Assembly (NCBI GenBank): GCA_003344405.1 | Contig: NOWV01000029.1 | Location: forward strand, 434,001-498,000 | Reading direction: 5' to 3' | DNA: 64,000 nt | Source: Trichoplax sp. H2 | Lineage: Eukaryota | Shown here: positions 40,111-54,300 of the stretch, one piece after another | Numbering within the stretch: position 1 is the stretch's first letter | Layout: every line of letters begins with the position of its first letter | Translations under genes and position numbers: made by a program | Notes under the pieces: model-generated | What the model saw: only the letters and a program-made list of their open reading frames with translations | What the model was told of the DNA's origin: nothing | Database searches by the model: none

Positions 40111-42657
40111 ACCGCTGCCTGGCAAGTTTAGCTTGAATAAACTGAATACGAAAATTTTTATTATTTGAAAATACTTTCGCGATATAAACTAGTACGACTA
40201 CTGATTTTAATCAATTATTGAAATAGCTGAAATACGCATAGCTTATTATTTTATTAATATATTGATGATTTTACTGTTTATATTTATTTAACTGCTTTCA
40301 AGATAAAATTATTATCTTATTATATAAATAAAAGCCATGTCTCAGATATTTTTTTTGCATGTTGGTTTCATCTTTTAGCATTACTGTTACTGCTTGCATA
40401 CTGAGCGCAACTCGATATTAGTGTGTTGAAAGAAATCCGTATAGCTGTATACATTAGGCGAGTGGTCAGTATCTCTTAGCAACTTATTGCTAAGTCCTGA
40501 TCTATTATTTTTTATTCAATTAAGGAACTAAATTGAGCATGATATCAATCGGAAGAATAGATGATTATTTGGTGCTTGTAATATGACGAATAATGCAGTC
40601 CTGATTTCATTTTCATTTTATTGAATCGATCTACGTATACTTCTTTTCATTGAAGCACCGATTCAAATTAGTGTACAGTAAATTACAATATCATTACCAA
40701 CGATCGAAAGTAATTTTAACTTTTATAGTAATATCAGGGATGATGTAGTTCTAATTTGGTATTACTGAGATGATTTTAGAGGATTGTAGAGGCTTTAGTT
40801 TAGAGGCCATGAATCCAAATAAGCCATTTTGATTCTTGCAATTTCAAATCTACAACTTGGAAGGCAAAATTGCCATACGGTAGCCTAGCAAATACTCAAA
40901 CGCTGACTAGCAATAGTGCTGCAGTAGAGAAGGACCCTCTAGGTACCCAATCAGATGTCTTGCGGGCTTACTGAATCTTAGTACAAGTCGTCTGACCATG
41001 ATTCAGACCAGAAGGCCTCGGGTGTACAGTGTACAGTGTACAGTACAGACAGTATGGACTGTAAGCGTACCTCAGTCTCATTCCTATAGTGTACTGTATT
41101 ATGGATTCACACTCTTTCTATTAATTCTATATTGCGCCACTACTGTTTCAACAGTTTTATTACTTCAAACTCTCCTCGTCCTCAACTTAACATTCAACTG
41201 CCTTCGTCCTGGCAGCTAGCCAGCCATTTTTTCCTTGATAGTCGATTTATTACTACGATGGAGTCAGTAAAGAGCTTCTTTTCTCTTGCTCTATAGCTGC
41301 CAAAAAGTTAATTGGTATACGCATAGGAAGACACGGTATGTTGATGTATTTTAACTATCATAGAATGGATATGATCGTCTACTATCTATGCGTTGTCGGC
41401 TGCGCAGATTTGGATCCTGGAGAATAGTCAATGAATTGATAGAATAGATCCAAGAAAGTATTTGTTCGTATGATGAAGACGAGCATAAATTGACTTGTAT
41501 TGCTAATATTCTTGGTTATCTTTTCATTCTTGGATAGTATCTGATCGAGATAGAGTCATCGTATCGATATGAGCCAGTCTATCTAGTGTTACGATAGTCT
41601 TCAGTGTATTGCCAGCTAATCAACGCATAACTTCAATCATGATTGGCATTCTAGGAGAGAACAACAATCATAGCACGTTTTGAAGACCTGATTTGCCTGT
41701 AGTTATGATCAACAAATCGATTAAAACATTGATCCATGCTATAATTCTATACTATCGTATCCTCGTGTATTAGCACAGTATTAGTAAATCCTAGAGTGTA
41801 GATTGTAGAAGCACAGCCTAAATTAGACAAACGAACATTTGATCTAGTGATCACTGTAATGATTGAATTAATTAACTATATACGCGTGTATTAAGTATCA
41901 ATTCGTTGTCTAGCTGTGCATGATCTTATCCGCCTGTATTAATAGAAGGAAATCATAGATAGTTAGTATAGCTTGAATTTTACGATTTATCCAGGATCAC
42001 CTTAATGAATCAATCCATTAATGATACGCTAATATCATATCTCGATCATCATTTACGACTAGAATCGATCTTGTTTACAATTAGCAATATAACAACGTAT
42101 GGAATAAACTAGACAAGGATAAGAATTAGCATTTTACATATAGATTAATCGACAATTAAAATAGAGTATATTATATTTAAGATCTAACTTGCCGTGAGCT
42201 ATGGTCAATGCATTGATTAAACACTGATTCGTGATATACTGTAGCTGTGCACTATCTTATCTTCGTTACTTTGTGTATTAAAATTGGCAAATCATAGCTA
42301 GTATAAGCATAGCTTAAATTGGATAATTAAAATATTTTATCTCAGGCCAAATTTAACCAATGAGTTAATATTTACACGTAAACTTTCATACACAGACCAT
42401 AATTTGCAACTAGAACTGATTCTGTTCATGGCTAGCAATACGATGATGGAATTATTAGTCTGGACAAGGATAATAATAATTATTTTGTATTTAGATAAAT
42501 TAACTCCGTATACTTCCTCTAAGAGCCCATAGCTATAATAGAATAATTTGTGCATATTCACAGTAGATTAAATAGACTTTGTAATTGCGGTATTTTTAAT
42601 GAAAATATTTACAATTACCTACATACCTGTATATTGTAAAATAGAAGTGGTACAAGC

Positions 42658-45121
42658 ATGGATCTTTCCTGGAACTTGACTGACGGAAATCTAGTCGGTA
42701 CGACTAGTGATACCTTGCTTGAGAGTATGGATACCAATGATATTAATAATACTCCTGTTTTAGCTTCAACATCACTTAACTTGGCTGATATGCCAGAGGT
42801 AAGAGAATGCCATCGCTTTGCTTAAATATCCTATATAAATGCAAATGAAGGTGTACTGCATCAAGATACCATATATCGTTTATTTCGTTTCCTACATTAT
42901 GGAAATGTTGCTTAGTTGAACTTAGCTGATAAAATTTGCAATACTACGATATACTATCGAAATCAAAAGAACGAGGAATGCATTGCACAGTGTATAATCA
43001 AAACTCCCTTAAATTTAATGAGGAAAATCTGAATCATAAAATTCTACTATCATACATCCGTTATATGCATAACTTGAATAAGCATATTGATTAAATAAAT
43101 TGTAATTGATTGGAAATGCAATGCTAGTTGATGCAGCATTATAATTCCAAAAGAACTAGACTTAACCATCAGTATTGCATTGAATATTAAGCGATATAAT
43201 TTAGTGAGATGGTATCTACAACGTGGAAATAAAAATAAGTAGCAACCATTATTCTTGTTTACTATCGATTCTCGACTCCATTAGTTCGTTATCAATGGTA
43301 ACCAAGCAACATCTAAGCTTTATTTCAATTATTATTTAAAATTGTTTAGATTATGGATACCTCAACTGATCAATCAAGTTTAATGACAGCAGGGAATAAG
43401 CGTTCAATAATTTATGAAACAGACACATTAATGAGCCTTAATTCCAACACCATGACCACTGATAGTTTCAATCTTGAAAATAATACAAATTTGTCGAAAT
43501 TATCGGCAGCAGAACCGCAACAAAGAGCCGATCCACCATCGAAAAAGATGAAATCTTCAAATGATGAAAACAAGTAGGTCTTTCCTTTCTGTAATTTGAA
43601 TATTTCTTGTTCTATAGACAGCAATGAGATTACGTACACGTATTAATTAATAAAATACCTTGAGTATTTTATTTACGTTAAATTTTCTTCGTTGTCAGTG
43701 AGATACCGCTCAATCCCTATCTAGTATTCTTTGCGGAAATGCAGCGAAAAATCAGAGACAAACGACCTTCGGTAATCTTAGGAATAGTTTTAAATATTAT
43801 AATAAAATACAATAAAATAATAAACAGCGTGTGCAAATATTCCACTTATTGATAGATTGATTGATTTTAGAATAAAATTTTGATCTTAAGTACTTAAATA
43901 TTAATCTTGCTTATTATTACTAGATTCTCTTCGATGAATTATCGGAGATAATTAAACGACAGTGGGCTTCATTAACTGAAGAAGAAAAACAGGTAGATTC
44001 ACTGTTTGGAGAATCTTTGTTAATCATAAGTGACTCTATAGTTCAGTAGCTATTTAAAACTAAAAGTTTGGAATCAATCTGAATTTTGTATGATATTTGC
44101 AATATAATGGATAGGAATATATTCGTCCATCAAGTGAACAAAGATCGAATGAATCCATGCAGGTTCCTAATCTGCTAGAGACTGCGGTAACAATTCTGTT
44201 GTTCAGTTATTTTGATAACCGCTATTTTCAAAGTTTAATATAATTACTTGTATATTATTACTACATTGTAAAGGTAGCAAAAGACAAGTACTAGATTAAA
44301 TGTCATCAACTGCTGCATTAGTATTCTAATAATATTTTCTACTATATAATTCAAAAAAACCAATGTACATAACGAATTCTGCTTATATAGTTTTGTTTTT
44401 CAAGTGGCTTTGATCATCGTTTTCATTGAACCAAAGTACAGTACTGTATATTTACTTAATTAAATCGAATATAATCACAATGTACTTTTTGCTCTGCAAA
44501 TTAATTATTATTAATCGTTATTTTTGAGCTTTGAGATCAACTACAGTAAAGAATTTGCATTACTTACATTACGCAGGTATGACAATATTTCAATTCAGCT
44601 TTTATATTATTATTGCAGACGAATTTAATGACAGAAACTAACGACGAAGGGTCTGTTACACCAAAAGAGTCAAATCCATCCCCTGAGGTAACACTGACTG
44701 TCGTAGCTTTATCATCATGCATTAAGAATCTAAAATATCACTACCTGATAATTCGTAATCCTGTTTACCTTGTATAATTTAGTTAATAACTTTCATTCTA
44801 TCTTAGAAGCAGAAAAATGAAATTGGTGATGATGGCAGTTTAAGATGTATTCGAGCAGGATGTAACAATATTGCAAGCGGTATACAACTGCGTGGAGGTC
44901 CGTTTTGTTGTAGCCGTTGTGTTATAACTCATTGCAGGTATAACTTTTACAGTAATGTTCACATGGTTAGCGTGATATAATAGGTAATAAATAGCTTATC
45001 GACCACATGAAAATTAATGGTAACACCGTAACAGTAATAATTTCATTTTTCCGTTCTTTGCTGCAGAACAATATTCGACGAGTGGGTTAAAGCTCGACAG
45101 AGTAATACGTCGTATAGGTGA
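42658..45121 (+). CDS. TOX4: TOX-family HMG-box protein, TOX4-like (divergent HMG box plus C-terminal Cys/His domain); probable non-coding first exon ending at 41335
   Basis: PLNPYLVFFAEMQRKIRDKRPS|ILFDELSEIIKRQWASLTEEEKQ|EY is an HMG box. C-term RCIRAGCNN...PFCCSRCVITHCR|TIFDEWVKAR matches the recalled TOX4 C-terminus (RCVRSGC...YCSNECVVKHCRDVFLAWVASR). Confidence 0.82.
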
Positions 45122-45833
45122 ATCTGATTTGCTAGATGTATTTTAGGAAACTGTAAACAATTTAATGATGAAACGGCTCTAGCTCCCTTTTTTCTGTACT
45201 GTATATGGTCTGTGGCGATGTAATACAATTATAATAACCAAACCCTTTTCTGTAATTATAAGATGTTTTTAGCGTACAGTACTAAATTATATGATTATAT
45301 TACGAATAACGCATATATCGCTGTTACTGGCTTGGAATCTGATGTCGATTTTATACGATTCAGCACTTCATCGACTAAATATTAATGTGTAACACCGCCG
45401 GCATCACATCGATCGATACAATCGCATGACATTGCTGTTCCGCGTTTGATAATTTATTTCCTTTAGACGTAATAAGTGGATTTAGGATCGCTTTGAGTCT
45501 TGATGCACGTGTTCTTGTGTATTATTTACAAACACCCAGTGTTCATGCTACCTAATTTATCAATGCAGTATGATTCTATTCATTAGCTTTCAAAAACTAA
45601 ATATGTTCTTATATGAAAATATACCTAAAATTACTGCAAGGAAATCATAATAGGTAGCCGCGACATCTGCAGGTGATATTTGAGAAATAGTTATGAATGA
45701 TTTAATTTTTATATACTCGTATGGGAAATGATGTAACGAAATTTAAATGAAGATTCATACGTATATATACAGTGCATCAACATACAATGCATTTAGTAAG
45801 ATTTCCGATAAATGAAGTTGTAAACAAATCAAG

Positions 45834-48800
45834 CTAATTTTCCCAGTTGGTTATTATTTCTGCATGTTTTAGCTTAAATTTGAAATGAACATTAGCTTCA
45901 TCTGGATTAAAAATAGCATTAAAATAAATATCCCTATCATCTGCAGAATTCTGAATATTTTCAGGTTGCGAAAGGATAATAATGCCCTGCTTATAATCTT
46001 TACACCATTCAATGGTACCGTGATCGTCATCAGACACCTAAATATGCAAAGCAACAGTTTACACAGTATCTCGTAACTAGTCTTAAGTTAGATAACGATA
46101 AATGCTTTTATAACAAAGATAGTTATTAGTAATAATAGTCGAGCTACAGTGCTAGCATTATTTGAAAAATTTAGCTCTGCAGTTTACCTGATTTAATCCT
46201 GTAGAAACAACCTCTTCTTCATCAAGGAAGTAGTCTAGCCATATGACAATTGCATGACAAATTCCAGACCTAAGTTTCATAAAGAAACTTAGTATAAGGT
46301 AATAGAATTAATGACATCTACGAGTATTGCGGCACTTTAAGCTGATATATCAATTCAAATACTGCACAGTAGTGAGTATAATACAGAAAGAAGTACTGAA
46401 AGCTCCTAACTTATTAGGTTAAGTATCTAGACTTTAAGAAATCGATTTGATAAGAAAAGAGGATAATTTAGACAAATTGATTATCTTAGTCTTACTAAAT
46501 ACCGTTTAAATTGAAGTTTACCACTGTTTACTACAGTATTCATAGGCAGAGGCTTAGAAAAATCGAAGCGCAAGAGGTCAAATTTATCAGTTAGTGCCCT
46601 GCAAGGGTATTCCCAAAGAGGTATAGCCTCGATCTCGTGATTACAATCAGTATTAGGTAACCTAGATTTGACAATCTAAGATTGAAATTATAAATGTTTA
46701 ACAAAGCTCATCTCAATATAAGGAATAAATATCATTGTAAGATTATAATGATAAAAAATCTATTTAATGCTACAAACTGTTTGAGTAATCCAGCTAATAT
46801 ATTAATGTTTAGAGACACTAACATCTAATAGGTCATTGTAACCTCCCATACTAAATCCTTCTACGTCAGAGATCGGCGAACGTAATAACCAATTGTGATC
46901 TAATTCTACTACATTGAAATATTGTTTGAATAGGAAATTATTCATTAAGACAATAAATTAAATACATTCTGAGCTAAAGAAACTGTAATACCTGCTATTG
47001 CACGAATAATTGCAAATGCTGGAATGACAGCCACCTTATCGGCCATAAAATTCTCAAGAGATGTTCTAGCATACCAATACGTATACCAAGAAAATACACT
47101 ACCACCAAAGTATGGTTCACCTAGTAAAATATCAATCTAGTCGAAAGAGATACGACAAAATTACTTATTCGTACGTCATAGTATTCTGTAGTATACGTAT
47201 CGTAAAAAATTTATCAACACCTACTTTGTTACCCAACAAATCATCACTTCCAATATCAGCCAGATTTCTTGGAGATATCATGATTTTTTTATTCAATCCA
47301 TTGGCTCTAACGAGCTATATTAAGATACGAATAACATATCCTTAGACTCCCACGAGCAAACCAATGTATGCCTTACTATAGAACCCATAGAATATCAAGA
47401 TAATTAAAGTTAGATATTACATAATTATAACTTTTACCTCACGGATAGTATCTCTTGATTTCTTTGATGACTCAATAGCTATAACCTAGTTCCGTAAGTC
47501 CAAAAAATAACGGCTTTATTTCAATCTTACATTCAAATTATGATAATAAACATAAATATTTCAGCGTACTTTACGAGCCCCAGCACTTGCAGCCATCAAA
47601 GGTAATAAAGATCCATCTCCAACTGATACGCAATGAACATTGAAACTATTCTGTATATGCTGTATGAAATAAATTTACAGATAACATCATCTGACGAAAA
47701 TTGGCCAAAAAACGAAATCTACAGTATTTACCTTTCTAATAACATTGTAATATTTCCGTTGCTTTTCAACATTATTTAAGCCGGATAACCGCATTTTATC
47801 CCAGCATAATTGATGTGAATACTTGTCAACGTCACTAGTTGCATTTGTTCTTGGGCTAATATATAATATTCTAGATTACCTTTTTATCTAATAGCATTAT
47901 CCAACCTTGAAGTCAGCTTAATTTTTACAGTACCTTGAGCTTACATTAAACCAAATGTTGTATTCATCATGTGAAACATCAATAGATATAGATTTTCCTA
48001 AATACATGATGACAACTATTCAGAAACACGCGTAATTACTACATTAATGTATAAAATTACTTGTTTACACGAACTATTCTTTCTATCCAACCTTTAGTAA
48101 CTGAGATGGATTGAGGACAGAAGTAGACAGCTTGCATCCAGTGATCACGCCACTAGTTAAAAATGTTAAATCATAACACTCGTCACAAAAATTTAGTCAA
48201 ATCATAAGTTACGTAACGCGATCTGATAATATTACCTGAAGATTATGATTAGACTTATTATCAATCCACTTAGGGGCTGTGCTCAGTTCAATATTTCCTT
48301 CGCAATCCATCTTTAACACCCACCAAAATAAAAGTCCATGACATACACCATCTTCAATTGCTGTAAGTTCCAACGTTCGACGTCCAGAAATTGTAAATTC
48401 ATTATCTTTCCCCTCAACTCTTCTCACACTCATTTGAGACTTTATAGGCGAGCAAAAATCAAATCTAATTTTTAAAATTATAGTTATCAATGAGAAATTG
48501 TGACTTGTATATTAAGTTTAAACAAGAGGAAGTTCATTGAGTGAGTAAGTTACATCTTGCGTGCGCACTCTTACGTTAGAGCTTCAATAGGCGAGGTTAA
48601 TAATTTGATGTCTTTTGGGTATAACTGATCAACGTGCATGCAGAATGCGGACGAAGGATAAAAATTATTATCTGTAAAACTCTGCGGAACTGCAAACTCC
48701 CAATCACAAGATTCAGTTCTCTATTTCCAAGATGCACGAAACATCGTCAAATACAATAACGTAGACAATTGTAGAAAATGATTATTAAAACACACTAACT

Positions 48801-50493
48801 AATTATATTATTCAAGGTTGAAAGTTTAATATTTTAAATGTTTAGATTCAATAAGGGTACCTTGACTGGATTTAAATTACAGCACTTTTGCAGAAACTTG
48901 CTCTCACATGCCTGAACATATATCTTTGCAGCTGCTGGTACACTAACGCAATTAGGCTAAGGTTAAATGTAAACACAAAGTAAATACGTAAATTATATCA
49001 TTCAATATTAAAATAATATGGTAATAAACTTTGATAAAATTTACGCCATGATATAGATTTGAATTATTCATGTGTTTCATATTTATTTACCTTAACTAGA
49101 TTTTGTTGCGCATGCAACATCGTACCAAGGACTCCTTCACCAATAAGCTCGCTATCAAATATCTCCATCACTATCAAATCAGCTTTGCAACCATCCATAT
49201 CGTCATCTAGCCAATATACAATAAGAGTATTGATATATTTTATCATAAAAATATATTTATTACATGGTAGAAGATAATAACTATATATTACTACTAAATT
49301 ATATGCATTTTTCATCGGATCGTCTAATTAGGTTTGTTTCCTATTATTACAAATTTACGACAATAGCATGTAGAATCAAGATGATACACTAACCAATGTG
49401 CATGCATTATAACTAGTAAGAATAAGATATCTACAAGATTGTTATAATTGGGATTAGTTATTTAAAGAATTCAATGTAGTCTATGATATAAAGTAAAATG
49501 CATATGCTCACATTATTCATAGTATTATACAGTACGATACCTGCTGTCATTGAAGTTGATCTTTTCTGTATAATTTTGATATTATCTTGATATCGATTTT
49601 CAGTTATAATTTTTTGAGCTAATTGAGCCATCGGTTGAAATGCCTGCGATATGCCAGTTTTTTAATAACATTAAAGTATTAATTCATGTTTATGTGCGTA
49701 TAGGAAATAGTATATACTATTACCTCACATGCATAGATCTTTTTTGCACCAGCTCTAGCTGCCATAAGTGCTAATAACCCTGTACCAGTACCGATATCAA
49801 GGACATTACATGAAGACGAGGAAGGATTTACATCTAAATAAGCCTGGACAGCCTTCTGAATTGCTTGATCATATTGAACATTCTGCAAGATTACGATTAG
49901 ATAACATTATATTGTTTGATATGATTGCTAGAAAGAAGACAGTTTAGTCTCAAAAATGTATGATTAAATTGCAGACAATAATAAGTTAATTTTATGGCAT
50001 AACGTACCCTTTCCTTATCGTGTAACATATCTCCATATAGTGACCTAATAACAATGTATATCATTGTTGCAAGGAGAGAACAGAGTATATTGATTATTAG
50101 CGAGCTACACTTGTTAGAATATCCACAATTATAATGAATGAGATAATTTACAAATCATTCTTGATGGAGAGTACTGTACGTCAATATTATTCCATATATA
50201 CAATACCGTGAAATTTCCAGATAGTAATCGTGATCATCTTCTTGTTTAACCCACTCCAACTGACCAGTTTGTTGATTCATTCTACCTACAAAGTTAGACA
50301 TTATTCGGCTGGGAATAACCTTTCTATTTGCAGAACTCTTAAGCAAGTTGAAGACAATAATGCTAGATGTTGGTGTTGCAAAGCAGCTTGCATGTGTTGT
50401 ATATATATGCCTTAATGGGCTTAATGCATGCCTTGGTATTGCAAATCCTTTGCCGATTTTGATGAGAGATCGTAACAGGGTATTAGTAGTCAT
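45834..50493 (-). CDS. PRMT7: Protein arginine N-methyltransferase 7 (two methyltransferase modules); conserved start at 50301, in-frame upstream ATG at 50493
   Basis: MSNFVGRMNQQTGQLEWVKQEDDHDYYLEISR|SLYGDMLHDKER|NVQY...VLDIGTGTGLLALMAARAGA; EIFDSELIGEG; WRDHWMQAVYF; second module VSVGDGSLL, GEPYF, WCKDYKQG. Confidence 0.95.
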
Positions 50494-50794
50494 ATAATAA
50501 CAGTACTAAAAGATTATCACTGTCGATTTTGACCATGAATTTGGCAAAACTGGTAGGTCCGCCAAAATTGACGAGCTGCAATCAACTTGAGCTTTTGCAA
50601 ATGATCTATGCAATCTATAGTACATAATTTCCTTGTCAATGGCATAATAGTCTCCGTGACGCTTGGGTATCGATACTACCTGTAGTATCGAAACGCCATA
50701 GTATAGAACGAGTAGCGTGCAAATCATAGTAAATATACTAAGGCAATGACTAGCATTTATTGTAGAATAAGATTAATAGGTGAGCTACTCAAAC

Positions 50795-50960
50795 AAGACC
50801 AATGACATAGTCAATATTAGTTAATACGGTAATATAAATTACGCTGGCATAACTCGCGTGCATACGAGCATCGTCCTATGTCTATTGAGCATGCTCATTT
50901 ACATCAAGCTCAATGATTGGCTAGAATGGAAAGTCCGCTTCATTTGAAAGCCGTTGAAAC
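50795..50960 (+). promoter_or_regulatory. PRMT7/Borealin divergent promoter with CCAAT boxes, CHR (TTTGAA) and MYB-type site
   Basis: CCAAT 50799-50803, palindrome TGAGCATGCTCA 50886-50897, inverted CCAAT (ATTGG) 50916-50920, TTTGAA 50943-50948, CCGTTG (=CAACGG) 50951-50956. Confidence 0.45.
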
Positions 50961-51389
50961 TACATAACCTTAATTGTACTAGTTTACAGGGTAACTACTT
51001 AAACAATACTATACATTTTATACTATCATCAGTTATCATAGCACTAGGATTGGGTTTAGATAGCAAATTCTTTACCTACAGCAATACTGTAATGAGGGTA
51101 GTGCACAAAATGATTGAAAACGACGTAATAGACAGTCTCAAAACATTCATCTAAATAAAGTAGACAGTATGAAATCTAGACCTCTCAGCGATACCATACT
51201 GACGAGGTAAGAGCGGCCAATGTCGCGGGCTAATCTTGTTATTCTGCCACGATCGAGAAAATCTCATCACAACATCCAGAGTGCATCTAGACTTGGCAAG
51301 CTTAACTTCCTCTGCTAATATTATTATTAGTTGTATATTAATAGTACACGAAGATCTTGAGATTTAAAACTAATACATAGATAATCCAA

Positions 51390-54300
51390 ATGCCCAGAAG
51401 GAAGAGAGGACGAGGCGGTAGAAAAGCTGCTACTACCACAGCTAAGGGGAATGAAGGCGATGAAAATGTTACTAAAGGAAAAATTTCTGATGCATTCAAA
51501 CAAGATTTCCGTGCAGAAGGTACATCTAATTTTATGATGGCCATTCCTAGCAACATCTATAATATATAAATTTGGATTCATTTACCATCGTAGTAATCGT
51601 TGATTAAAGTATTACTTGTATTGTGATTGTTAGCTGAACATCGGGTACGGGAAATGCGTCTTCATGCAGAAGATTATAAGAAACGATTACAAAGTACATT
51701 TGATCAATTACTATCTCAAATCCCCAAGGTAATTTCTTGCTATAATGATCTACTCTATTTTGAATATCTACAGTAAATTGTAGATTATTCTACATGCTAT
51801 GCTATTTGTGTCAACTTTTTAATGGATACTTTAAGAAAGAAGGTGTAATCTGCTATAATAATTTGTTGCAGAGGATTCGCCTCATGACCTTAAAAGAACT
51901 ACGAGGTAAAGATGATGAACAATGTCAGTAATCAAATTGTTGACTTTCGTCGTATACTATACAGTAACCTGAAATAAGATTGATTGATTAGTATCCAACC
52001 GATAACTTTAATATACTAATTAGGAGTTTCTCATGCCAATCGTACGATGTAGTTCATTTCATCCTTTACTAACATTTATCGATACAGAGAGGTTGTAAAT
52101 GATTTTAATAGTACATATAGGCCAAGTGTATACGGTACACTGGCATACTCGTACCTAGCCATAGCCTAGATGTGCCTAACACAGTAATTATACTTAGGGG
52201 TGTCAGAGGTTCCATCCTAACCAGTAACCTAAGTTTACAGTAATTAACTATTTTCCTCAAATTCTATGAGAGTAATTGTTGCTCATGATCAGAAACGATT
52301 GCAATATGTTTGACATAACCGTGTGAATTGAACTAATGAGCAACATAATTTATCTTTCTTTCCAAATTATTGTGGCATACTTCTTGTATGCTTTCAATGT
52401 CCTTTGAAAATAAAGAAGAGGATAAGAAACAAGAGGTCAGTCTGATTTTATTCCTAGATAACTATAATTACTCATTTCTTAGTATATAGCACCAGATACT
52501 TTATGCTTTGCAGTCAGTTCATTATAGAATAATACATTACTACAGACTTATTGTCATATGATGGCAATTCTAATAACTTTGTAGATCATATTACAACTGT
52601 AATTTACAAGGGATTATATGTAGGCTGTATATGTTTGAATGTCATGTCTGTCTGAAGATAAATGTACGTTTTTACGATCTATATCTTGAAAACGAATTAA
52701 AAACTAGCCAGAAGTACCATTATACCACCGTAACACTGTCTTCAGCTTTTAACCACAATGTAATAGTATAAACAATAATCCTCGCCAATATTAACTTTAA
52801 AATTACTATCTCGAACTTTAATTATTTACAGAAAGAACTAGGAAATATTTCAAATGTTATTGCTTATGTTAACATGAAGACTCAAGATTACATGAGGTAT
52901 CCAACATACACATTTCCTATTATTTAGGTCATTTATACATTTAGAAAGTACTTTCGCCCCGACGGTAGTTGATACCCTTATTCTGTATAGAATAAATATC
53001 ACAAAAAATGTATTGTAATAACTTGTCGATAACTGACAAAGTGTTAAACGTCTTTCAAATAGTTGTTAAAAGAATGTATGTACAATTTACTATGTCAACT
53101 TCTTATCACTATACTATAAAGTGTGGATCTCATTTTCAGGAAGTGTCAATATTTTACTGTATACTGTATTGCATCGCAAAAGTTAATAATACGCTTATAG
53201 AGTTTACTGATATATTCTTAGCAATGAAAATCAAGATAGCAAGAAGGATGGTAATTTCGCTACACCTGGTATGTTGAACTTAATGTATCTATATATATGT
53301 ATATAATACTGCGTCTGATCACCGATCTTATATTTAATGGTATAAGATTTTGAACACGTATAGTATGAAATAAAAGTCATTTTTTAATTTCTATTCCACT
53401 AGCTGCATGGACGTCAAATAGTCTAAGAAGCCAAAGAAAGCGAAAACCTTTAGGAGAGGTATCACTGTAATTTATGTAAAATAGTTTTCTTACTAGTACA
53501 TTATTATTGTATGTATGTATGTACCACTGAATGATATCATATTTTACTTAATACTACAAGTATAAGGTTAAACTAATATCTGTATTAATTACCCATTATT
53601 TAGTCAAGTGAGAATATGAGAAACCAAGCCCCTGCTACAGCTAGACCTAACAAGGTTATCGCTTTAATAGTTGTTATACTGTATTTTTAAAATCCGAACC
53701 ATTTGCTGCATAAAATATTATATATTACGTTATAGATAAGAGTAGTTAGTAACATTATTATTAAACCAGAATGAAATGTTTTTTTAATTCCCTTCTTGGA
53801 CTGTTGGATTTAGTTTCTAAAATGGCCTAAATGTAAGTCAATTTATTGAAGATTTTTACTATTCAAACTTTTCAGACAAAAAGGGGACCAACGCAGACAC
53901 CAGCCGTTAGGCACAGTTCAAGGTACAAATCAATTGTACTAAAAAATATGCGATACGTATAATACTATTTATAAATTATGAGCTTTCTTATCTCTTTCCT
54001 TGAAATATCAACTTTAAGATTGAAGTCTAGAACGGAGTCTAAACGACCAAGCCAAGTACCACAAAATAATTTCATTACTCCAGCAGCTAAAAAAACTATA
54101 GCACAACTGTCTACTACTACCGCCACTGGTATCAAGTCAAGGTTATGATAAAACCATGTCATTTTACTTTCAAATCGAATTCTCCACAGTTTAAAATATT
54201 ATTATGTCTTGCATTATTGCAAATTCATAATTCTGTAAAAAACATTGATTTAGTCTAGATTGCCTACTGATCAATTATAGAGTAATTGCCAGTATACGCA

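Noticed and set aside
52897..53221. Borealin intron donor GTATCCAA as a possible U12 intron
   Set aside because: Lacks the TT at +7/+8 and has no U12 branch box
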